A DNA stretch of 64,000 nucleotides, taken from assembly GCA_037441475.1 (NCBI GenBank), contig JBBISB010000001.1, forward strand, positions 136,163 to 200,162, given 5' to 3'. Position 1 is the stretch's first letter. Every line of letters begins with the position of its first letter. Source of the DNA: Candidatus Iainarchaeum sp. (GTDB lineage: Archaea; Iainarchaeota; Iainarchaeia; Iainarchaeales; CSSED10-239). Positions 56,420 to 64,000 of this stretch are shown here, piece by piece. A model generated the notes under the pieces. That model saw nothing but the letters and a program-made list of their open reading frames with translations, had not been told where the DNA came from and did no database searches. Position numbers and translations under genes: made by a program.

Positions 56420-57040
56420 TTAATGCTTATGTCCGCAACCGCATGAATGAGAGTGGCCTTCTTCTGAATCATCTTCATCATCTGAGTCGCAATCATCGCA
56501 TTCACAGTCATCACCGCACTCTCCATCTTCACAACCGCATTTTGAGTGGTCGTGGTGTTCGTGGTGGTGGGCATGCTCGTGAGCCATTACTTCTGCTTCA
56601 TAAGCCTTAGCTTCATCTTCTGATAATATCTTAACAAGCTTAATATCAAAAGTTAAGTCTTCTCCAGCTAAAGGATGATTAATAGTTGCTTTTATCATAT
56701 CATCTAAGATATCTTCAACATCTATCTTTATAGGACCCATATCTGTAATAAAGTTATAGCTTTTACCCTTCTCTAAAGTATCTATATCTTTAAAAGAAGT
56801 TTTTGGTATCTCTACAGCCTCTGTGTTTTTAGGACCATAAGCTTCTATAAAAGGTATTGTAAAACTTTTATTATTATTTAGATCCATACCAATAACTGAA
56901 GCATCAAAACCAGGAATAACCATACCTGCTCCAACCTTAAATCTTAAAGGTTCTCTTCCTTTTGAAGTATCAAAAACATCACCGTTTTTAAGTTTTCCAG
57001 TGTAATCTACTTCAATCCAATCATTTTGTTTAACAGTCAT
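56420..57040 (-). CDS. slyD: FKBP-type peptidyl-prolyl cis-trans isomerase (SlyD-like) with a His/Cys-rich metal-binding tail
   Basis: N-terminal ..WIEVDYTGKLKNGDVFDTS..GREPLRFKVGAGMVIPGFD.. FKBP fold with an IF-domain insertion. C-terminal HEHAHHHEHHDHSKCGCEDGECGDDCECDDC..HSHSCGCGHKH. Confidence 0.8.
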   Translation of the reverse strand: MTVKQNDWIEVDYTGKLKNGDVFDTSKGREPLRFKVGAGMVIPGFDASVIGMDLNNNKSFTIPFIEAYGPKNTEAVEIPKTSFKDIDTLEKGKSYNFITDMGPIKIDVEDILDDMIKATINHPLAGEDLTFDIKLVKILSEDEAKAYEAEVMAHEHAHHHEHHDHSKCGCEDGECGDDCECDDCDSDDEDDSEEGHSHSCGCGHKH

Positions 57041-57178
57041 AAAATATCAACTTCATCTTTGTAAATATTATTATTTCTAAAGGTTTTTAAATAGATTCTG
57101 TCCAAGAAAAATAGAATATTTTACCAACAATATAAATTTAAAAACTATTCGTTTATATATTATCTATAGGGATTAAAT

Positions 57179-58042
57179 ATGAGTAAAAAAAACATAATTT
57201 CAAAGATATCAGAAAGTATTAATAATCATCAAAGAGGATTGGATAGACTAATCTTTATATTTGGTGGAATCCTTGCCTTATTTATCACATTAATTGTTGT
57301 TGATAACTATGAACTCATATCATTTTCAAAAACAATAATAAATGTCTTAAAAACATTGGCTGTTATTGTTAGCTCCTATTTCATTGCATCAGTTATTATT
57401 AGGTTTACAAGCTCATGGTCAGTTAGGTTTATTAGAGAAGAAGATATTGAAACAAAGCTTATAATGTCAAAAGTATATAGTTTTATGATATATTTACTGG
57501 CAACAGCTTTTGTTCTTTGGAAAATTGGTGTAACTATTCAAAATATTGCATTAATTTCAGGACTTATTGCAACTGGTCTTGCCTTTGCCTTAAGAGAAGT
57601 TTTACTTTCTTTCTTTGTATGGCTTATACTTTTAGTTAAAAAACCATTCAGGATAGGGGATAATATTAAGATAGGGGAAGAAGAGGGGGTTGTTAAACAT
57701 ATCGGTATATTTTATGTACATGTAGATAATACCCCTGAAAGTTATGATGATTATGTTAAAGTTCCAAATAAAATATTTATTGATAAGGCAATATATAATT
57801 ATGGTAAAAAACCAGTACCTATAAAGATATCAATGAATATTAATGCTGCAACTAAAGATATTTATAAGAAAATTAAATTACTTACAGAAAAAATGGATTT
57901 TGTTGAGATATATAAAAAACCTTATCTTGAAAACCCAAAAGATAACTTTTTATATATTACAACCATTGTTTATTCTGAGTATCATAAGAGAACAGAAAAT
58001 AGAACAAAGATAACTGAACTGATTATTGAGATTTTTAAATAA
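57179..58042 (+). CDS. Small-conductance mechanosensitive channel (MscS family)
   Basis: Three N-terminal TM helices, then the ..KKPFRIGDNIKIGEEEGVVKHIGIFYVHVDNTPESYDDYVKVPN.. beta-domain signature. Confidence 0.7.
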   Translation: MSKKNIISKISESINNHQRGLDRLIFIFGGILALFITLIVVDNYELISFSKTIINVLKTLAVIVSSYFIASVIIRFTSSWSVRFIREEDIETKLIMSKVYSFMIYLLATAFVLWKIGVTIQNIALISGLIATGLAFALREVLLSFFVWLILLVKKPFRIGDNIKIGEEEGVVKHIGIFYVHVDNTPESYDDYVKVPNKIFIDKAIYNYGKKPVPIKISMNINAATKDIYKKIKLLTEKMDFVEIYKKPYLENPKDNFLYITTIVYSEYHKRTENRTKITELIIEIFK

Positions 58043-58059
58043 ATAAAAAAAAGAAAAAA

Positions 58060-58428
58060 TTACTTATAGGAAAGATATCCTACAAGTATGTATGTTGAAC
58101 CTAAAGCTAGATGCTGTATCATGCTTTGATAGTTTCCAAATGCTGTTGTAAAAGTTATTACAAGCATTATGAAAGCTGGTACTAGAACAACATATTTTTT
58201 ATAAAGACCAGTGAAAAGCATTATTCCTGAACCTATTTCTGCTATAACTAAAACCCATGCAAGGAAAACTGGTAAGAAAAAACCTGCTCCTGTAAGCATA
58301 TTTATAACACCATCTATTCCTCTTATGAATAGTTTGTTAATACCTGCATAAAGCATTAAAGCAGCTAAAAGATAAGTGCTTATCCTTATTAGGTAAAAGT
58401 TTGTTTGTTGTTGTTTTGTTAAACTCAT
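58060..58428 (-). CDS. DoxX-family small membrane protein
   Basis: 122 aa, 4 TM, ..LAALMLYAGINKLF.. pattern typical of DoxX. Confidence 0.5.
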   Translation of the reverse strand: MSLTKQQQTNFYLIRISTYLLAALMLYAGINKLFIRGIDGVINMLTGAGFFLPVFLAWVLVIAEIGSGIMLFTGLYKKYVVLVPAFIMLVITFTTAFGNYQSMIQHLALGSTYILVGYLSYK

Positions 58429-58709
58429 AAATTTTCAAACCCTTTTTTTTAAAAAGTTTTAATGTATATATATTTATAAAAAGTAAAGTTTATAAATAAA
58501 TTGTATATCATATATGCTTTTTGTTTTTAAAAAAGAAAGAAAAGGAAATAACCTTACTAAAAAATAGGCTTTATATTTGTTTTAGGTCATAAGTTACTTA
58601 GTTAACCATTATCATAAAATTACAGTTAAAAAAGAATAATGGGTGTAAAACATTAATAATTATGGTATATTTTAAAAAAAACAATTACTTAAGAAGGTGA
58701 AAAAAAACT

Positions 58710-60911
58710 ATGAAAAATAAAACAAACTTATTTTTAGGTATAATAATACTTGTTCTTGCAATTGTAGTTGTAGGACTTGTAATAAATCAAAATAATTTAA
58801 GAGAAAGGATGATAAATGAAAATAAAGATCCTTTACAAAAATTTCAAAGCTTAGAAGAAAAGTATGGTAACTTAACATACAGTAACTTTGAAACTAAAAA
58901 AGACGGACCATTTATGGAGATTACTCCTGATGAACTGTTAACACTTTTAACAACCACAAACTCAAGTTCTAGTTATGGGACAAGAGGAAATATGACAAAA
59001 GGCTTGGCAATGACAGATGCTGTTATGTCGTCAATGCCAATGGATAGATCTCAGAGTGAAGCTGGAGCAGGAAGTAATGATTACTCTCAAACAAACGTTC
59101 AAGTTTCAGGTATTGATGAAGGAGATATTATTAAGACTAATGGAGAAAAAATATTTATTGCAAAAGACAAAACAATAACTGTAATAAATAAAGTAGATGT
59201 ACCTATTTTAGAAGAAGATAAATATATTTTAACCATAGAAGATCCTACTGCAGAATACCTTAACATAAAAGCAATGTTTGTTGATACAGAGAAAAAACTT
59301 CTATATGTTATATTTGAGAAAAATCTTGTAGAAAGTAAATTTACTCAATATTCATTACTTTATCCTGAAATGAACTATATACCTTTTACTGTTATAAAGA
59401 CATATAAGATAGAGACAGAAGCACTTACAGAAGTTAGTAGTATTGAAACTAAAGGAAACTACTTCCAGTCAAGGATGAAGGATGGAATTGTGTATACTAT
59501 TACATTAGATTACTTAAACAACTTTAGACCTGTTCTTTATTACGATACTGTTATGATACCTGTTATGGAGACAAAGAACGGAGTTGTTGAAAACTTCCAA
59601 CCAAAGATCATTGTTCCAAGAGATGTTACTGAGGAAAATAAAGTAATGTACAATTTAACATCATTAAGATATTCAGAAAATACCTCCTCTTTAATAGACA
59701 GTATTGATCTTATACTTAATAGTTCAAACACAGTGTATATGAGTAGTAATAACTTATATATTGCAACAGAAAAGAACAACTACTTTCCTTTCTTTAGATT
59801 TGGATGGTATAATGAGTCAAGAGAGGTTGTTTTTGAAGAGATATACTCAAAAATATATCCTACAAACGTTTCAAGTGAGATTAAGAAGAACTTAAAAGAT
59901 CAAAAAAAGTTAGTTGAGATATTAAACAACTACTACCAAACACTTGATAGTGATCAAAAAGAAGAACTTTATAATAAGATACAAGAAGAAACAAACAGAT
60001 ATTATGAAGAAAGAAGAAATGAGAATGATAAGACATACATTAACAGAATAGAACTTCTTAATAATGGTTACTTTGGAGATGTTTTACAAGGAGAAGTTAA
60101 AGGAAGACTATTGAATCAATTTTCATTAGATGAAAGTGAAGGATATTTAAGAGTTGCAACAACATATCAAGATTACAATGGGTATAGATCAACTAATAAA
60201 AATGCAGTTACTATACTTAATAGCTCTTTAAAACAAGTTGGTCTTGTTGATGGGATTGCACCTGATGAAACTATCTATAGTGCGAGGTTTATGAAAGATA
60301 AACTTTATTTAGTAACATATAGATTAGTTGATCCTTTCTTTGTTATTGATCTTTCATCCCCTACAAAACCTAAGATATTAGGAGAGTTAAAGATTTCAGG
60401 ATACTCTGATTATCTTCATCCAATCTCAGATACCTTGATATTAGGTATTGGTCAAGAGACTGAAGTTAATCAATGGGGTGGAGAAAACAGAATTGGGGTT
60501 AAGGTTGCTTTATTTGATGTAAGTGATTTTTCAAACCCTAAGGAAATTGGTAAATGGGTATCAAGTGCAAGTTACTCAAACACACAAGTTTCATATGATC
60601 ATAAGGCATTCTTGTATATTGCAAAGAATGATTTAGTGGTAATTCCTATTTCAGAATCATTTAACACTAGAAATCCTGCATTTGGGTTTGTTGTTTTAAA
60701 GGTTGATGAGGATGGAATTGAAAAGATTACAACTATTGATCATTCTAAAAATAGTCAATACTACTATTACTCAACAATGGCTAGAAGCTTATATATTGGA
60801 GATGAATTGTATACTATTTCAGATAATCTATTAAAGACATATAACTTTACAAGTCAAGAAGAAACAGAAGTTGTTTTAGGTTTTAAGGATGTTTCTAATA
60901 TATACAGGTAA
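58710..60911 (+). CDS. Membrane-anchored secreted beta-propeller-domain protein (733 aa)
   Basis: N-terminal TM/signal anchor. C-terminal half (..VDGIAPDETIYSARFMKDKLYLVTYRLVDPFFVIDLSSPTKPKILGELKISGYSDYLHPI..) resembles the archaeal/Firmicutes 'beta propeller domain' family. Confidence 0.5.
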   Translation: MKNKTNLFLGIIILVLAIVVVGLVINQNNLRERMINENKDPLQKFQSLEEKYGNLTYSNFETKKDGPFMEITPDELLTLLTTTNSSSSYGTRGNMTKGLAMTDAVMSSMPMDRSQSEAGAGSNDYSQTNVQVSGIDEGDIIKTNGEKIFIAKDKTITVINKVDVPILEEDKYILTIEDPTAEYLNIKAMFVDTEKKLLYVIFEKNLVESKFTQYSLLYPEMNYIPFTVIKTYKIETEALTEVSSIETKGNYFQSRMKDGIVYTITLDYLNNFRPVLYYDTVMIPVMETKNGVVENFQPKIIVPRDVTEENKVMYNLTSLRYSENTSSLIDSIDLILNSSNTVYMSSNNLYIATEKNNYFPFFRFGWYNESREVVFEEIYSKIYPTNVSSEIKKNLKDQKKLVEILNNYYQTLDSDQKEELYNKIQEETNRYYEERRNENDKTYINRIELLNNGYFGDVLQGEVKGRLLNQFSLDESEGYLRVATTYQDYNGYRSTNKNAVTILNSSLKQVGLVDGIAPDETIYSARFMKDKLYLVTYRLVDPFFVIDLSSPTKPKILGELKISGYSDYLHPISDTLILGIGQETEVNQWGGENRIGVKVALFDVSDFSNPKEIGKWVSSASYSNTQVSYDHKAFLYIAKNDLVVIPISESFNTRNPAFGFVVLKVDEDGIEKITTIDHSKNSQYYYYSTMARSLYIGDELYTISDNLLKTYNFTSQEETEVVLGFKDVSNIYR

Positions 60912-61018
60912 ATGATAGGGAAAAAACGTTTTTTTCCTTTTTCTTTCTTTTTTTTAAAATAACTAGCAATAAGAATATTTAACTAACATATAAATATCTT
61001 TTGGTTTAATAAATAATT

Positions 61019-61786
61019 ATGAATTTTATATTTAGAAAAATATCTGTAGCTTTAGTCTATGTAATAATGATTTTTGTTAATTATTTAGCTAATGCTTTAC
61101 CAATAAATAATATTGATACTGGAGCAGTTTCTGACCTGTATCCTAACTTATTTGCACCTGCAGGAATTACTTTTTCTATATGGGGTATAATTTATTTGTT
61201 ATTAGGATTGTTTGTTTTATATCAATTTGGAACTTTTAAAAAAATTAGTTTAAAAGAAGATAAATTATTAAACAAGATAAGTATTTATTTTATTACAAGT
61301 TCTATTTTTAATGCATTATGGATTTTTTCTTGGCATTATGGGTTATTATGGATGTCTATAATCTTTATGCTAGGTATATTGTTTTGTTTAATTAAAATTA
61401 ATTTATTAATAAGAGAAAATAATTCTAAAGAATTTTTCTTTTTATCCCTTCCATTCAGTATTTACTTTGGGTGGATAACAGTTGCAACAATTGCAAATAT
61501 TACTGCTTTACTTGTTAGTGTTGGTTGGAATGGTTTTGGAATAAGTGAAAGTATTTGGGCAATTGGTATTCTTTTAGTAGGATCTATTATTGGTATTTTA
61601 ACAAGTGTTAAAAGTAAAGATATTGCTTATATTTTAGTTTTTGCATGGGCGTATATTGGGATTATTATTAAACATACAAGTTCTGTTGGTTTTAATAATC
61701 AATATCCAGAAATAATTACTGCTTCATCTCTTTGTATTGTTTTATTTTTAATAACAATTTGGTTTTTATTGTATAAGAAAGCTTAA
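61019..61786 (+). CDS. TspO/MBR-like (tryptophan-rich sensory protein family) integral membrane protein
   Basis: ..LANALPINNIDTGAVSDLYPNLFAPAGITFSIWGIIYLLLG.. plus Trp-rich helices. Family call is from memory of similar annotated sequences. Confidence 0.4.
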   Translation: MNFIFRKISVALVYVIMIFVNYLANALPINNIDTGAVSDLYPNLFAPAGITFSIWGIIYLLLGLFVLYQFGTFKKISLKEDKLLNKISIYFITSSIFNALWIFSWHYGLLWMSIIFMLGILFCLIKINLLIRENNSKEFFFLSLPFSIYFGWITVATIANITALLVSVGWNGFGISESIWAIGILLVGSIIGILTSVKSKDIAYILVFAWAYIGIIIKHTSSVGFNNQYPEIITASSLCIVLFLITIWFLLYKKA

Positions 61787-62027
61787 TTTATTTTTTAAAA
61801 AACATTAGGTGCAATCTTTGACTAGAACCAAATTAGATTAAGGTTAAAAGTACTCATTTTTAAAAAATTATTTTACTGCAATATATCTACTTCTACTTTT
61901 AAGGCCCTAAGATTTTAACTAACACAACAAGTTTAGACCCTATAACTATAAGCAGGTGTATTACAATAAATTTATTTCCTACAAATACGAATAAAGGAAA
62001 ATTAAAACCAAACAAGAAAGATAAAAT

Positions 62028-62411
62028 TTGGCAAGACATAAGGAAGTAATTGATATTGATTATAATAAAAAAATGAATCAATATATAGGGTCAGTTCTAA
62101 GTAGATTACCTGCGTTATTCAAAAAAGATAGACAATTTGATGGGATTAAGTATTGGATAACTCCAGAAAATATTAGAAAATATATGGATATAAAGAACTA
62201 TCCTTATGACTCAGAACATTCAGAGGGTTCATTAGATACATTATACATTAAGGGAAACAAGATTACTAAATTAAAAGAACCAATTATAGATGTTTGTAAA
62301 AGTTATAATTTACAAAAATATGTTAGTTATACATGTACAGAAAAAATAGGTGTAAACTATTGTGAAGAGTGTGTAGCTTATGAAGGCACCCACCTAATTA
62401 GATTATATTAA
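62028..62411 (+). CDS. Hypothetical protein (127 aa by TTG start). The real start may be the internal ATG (MNQYIGS..).
   Basis: ORF with a non-ATG first codon. C-terminal CxxC..C..C (CTEKIGVNYCEECVAYEG). Confidence 0.3.
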   Translation: MARHKEVIDIDYNKKMNQYIGSVLSRLPALFKKDRQFDGIKYWITPENIRKYMDIKNYPYDSEHSEGSLDTLYIKGNKITKLKEPIIDVCKSYNLQKYVSYTCTEKIGVNYCEECVAYEGTHLIRLY

Positions 62412-63375
62412 ATGGTTCATTATTCCATTACCTGTATTAATAAAAGCAATTAAATCATATTTTGTATTAGTTATTTTATTTAATCTTGGTAATATTGCTA
62501 ATCCAGCAGCACCGCTTGGCTCAGCATCTATATTTAAATTCTTAAATATATTTAATGCATTTAATATTTCTTGTTCTTCAATATTATATATTTTATTTTT
62601 TATATTTTTTGCAATAGTATATCCTTTTTCTCTTAAATCAATAATACTTTCCTGCCAAGTTTCTGAACTATCGCAAATCTTATCTGCAATTGTATTTAAG
62701 TTTCCTGTACTTACTGCTAATATATCTATGGCAAATTACTTTCTTTTATTACTTCTTTAGAGTCATCATATAACATTCCAGCACCAAATTGAATAACTAC
62801 TAATGTTTTTGGAAAAGTAGAATGATAATGCTCTTTAATTTGTTCAATAAATTCTTGCATAACTTGTTTATAAGTAGGATTAAAACCTTCTGTGATATCT
62901 ACTGAATTATCTTTAGTTACATTTAACCCTAATTCATTCATTTTATCAATACAAGGCTTCCAAACCAATATTGTTCTTTAAAATCAACTTGTACTAATAT
63001 GCCAGACTTATATTTTTGCATATCTTCTCTAAATATTTTACCATTAGTAAATCTACCTTTACTATCTGGTCCTAATTCTTTAAAATCATAATGAAGTGGA
63101 TAAAAGTTTACTACTTTTATTTTTTGCTCACTTAATAAATCATTTAACATATCTGCATAAAGAAAATCAGCAATTCCTGCATTACCAGTAGAACCTAAGT
63201 AATAAATATAATTATTTGGATATATATTTGTTAAATAATGAAGACCCATCATCCACCCATGCTTATCTTTATATGTATTTGTAATATTTTTACTTTCATC
63301 TTTAATTACTATATCTTGATTATTAATAGTTGTAAATATTACAGGTGTATTTTTTGGTCTTTTTTCATTCCACAT
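62398..63375 (-). pseudogene. Threonine-synthase-like fold-type II PLP enzyme gene split into three reading frames (two frameshifts)
   Basis: Segment A 62938..63375 (..ITNTYKDKHGWMMG.. PLP-Lys region; ..YLGSTGNAGIADFLYADML.. phosphate-binding loop). Segment B 62726..62968 in the +1 frame. Segment C ~62398..62725 in the -1 frame (..NIDAEPSGAAGLAIL..DLIAFINTGNG..). The combined length is ~320 aa. Confidence 0.5.
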
Positions 63376-63407
63376 TTTAATTAATTCTTCTTTATTCGTA
63401 TTAACAC

Positions 63408-64000
63408 CTATTTTTTACAAGCTAAAAATAATCCATTATCTATATTTAAATAATAGGTAAATATTCTTTTATCTTTTTTTAATTTATCAGTGAATTTATT
63501 AATTTCTTTCATTACCCTATCATTAACCTTTGGTCCGTGAGTTAATTTATACTTTCCCGTATTATCAATAACAAGTAATCCACCTTTTTTTAATAAAGGT
63601 AAAAATAATTTATAATACTTTTCATAATTGTCTTTATCTGCATCAAGAAAAATAAAATCTATCTTTTTATTTTTATCCCAATTTTTAAGAACATCCATAA
63701 TATTATCTTCTATTAATGTAATCTTTTTATCTAATTTTGCTTTTTTAAAGTTATTTTTTGCAAGTCTAATCTTTGTAGTTAATATTTCAGTAGTATATAT
63801 GTGTCCTTTTTTTAGTCCATTTGCTAAAAACAAAGTTGAATACCCAACAGAACAACCTAACTCTAAAACTATCTGAGGGTTTATTAATTCTATTAAAAAT
63901 TGAAGAAATTCTCCTGTTGTTCTTGGAACTGACCACAAACCAACTTTCTTACCATCTTCTGGAACTCTTCCATAACTATATAATTTATCCTCTTTATCTG
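63408..64000 (-). CDS. Class I SAM-dependent O-methyltransferase (caffeoyl-CoA OMT-like); N-terminus runs off the window
   Basis: ..PQIVLELGCSVGYSTLFLA.. SAM motif I and ..IDFIFLDADKDNYEKYYKL.. motif. The listed start at 63938 is a TTG. The frame stays open to nt 64000 (..YSYGRVPEDGKKVG..). Confidence 0.7.
   Translation of the reverse strand, partial: DKEDKLYSYGRVPEDGKKVGLWSVPRTTGEFLQFLIELINPQIVLELGCSVGYSTLFLANGLKKGHIYTTEILTTKIRLAKNNFKKAKLDKKITLIEDNIMDVLKNWDKNKKIDFIFLDADKDNYEKYYKLFLPLLKKGGLLVIDNTGKYKLTHGPKVNDRVMKEINKFTDKLKKDKRIFTYYLNIDNGLFLACKK

Noticed and set aside
56389-56574. 61-aa ORF (MPTTTNTTTTQNAV...) overlapping the His/Cys-rich tail of the SlyD-like gene
   Set aside because: Alternative frame of the biased His/Cys-codon region. 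Spurious.
1-64000. CRISPR arrays, rRNA genes, transposase/IS elements
   Set aside because: No regularly spaced direct repeats and no rRNA-like conserved stretches. The only mobile element recognised is the intein. The repeats found are the short 17-mer duplication at 33308-33386 and coding-sequence amino-acid repeats.

Overview
AT-rich archaeal contig, most likely from a small-genome DPANN-type lineage. Archaeal markers: ribosomal protein eL42/L44e, a tRNA-Trp with a 135-nt intron at the canonical 37/38 position, Lrp/AsnC and winged-helix regulators, a NurA-like nuclease, an XPD/Rad3 Fe-S helicase, and a HerA/DUF87-type ATPase whose P-loop is interrupted by a LAGLIDADG intein. The first ~32.6 kb is almost entirely filled by six co-directional minus-strand genes encoding giant surface proteins of 2696, 558, 2321, 1704, 964 and 2426 aa. 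Four of these share a conserved N-terminal cytoplasmic motif, then a single TM anchor, then huge beta-rich ectodomains built from shuffled Cys-containing modules. One is a prepilin-like (class III signal) protein and one has a Sec signal peptide. Two of the giants carry unusual internal Gly/Ala-rich hydrophobic, glycine-zipper-like segments, and one also has a coiled coil. I interpret this as a possible undescribed cell-surface attachment or membrane-interaction apparatus. Upstream lie a wHTH regulator, two secreted proteins (one with phage tail-fibre-like repeats) and a duplicated 17-nt motif. The remaining ~31 kb is mostly housekeeping: HtpX, MBL/beta-CASP nuclease, LemA, PEP synthase, DUF2207, XPD, flavodoxin/ferredoxin, MFS, tRNA-Glu, a class II tRNA, SlyD, MscS, DoxX, beta-propeller protein, O-methyltransferase. 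It also holds two decayed genes: a kinase-like gene broken at an A8 run, and a threonine-synthase-like gene split over three frames. No rRNA or CRISPR seen.
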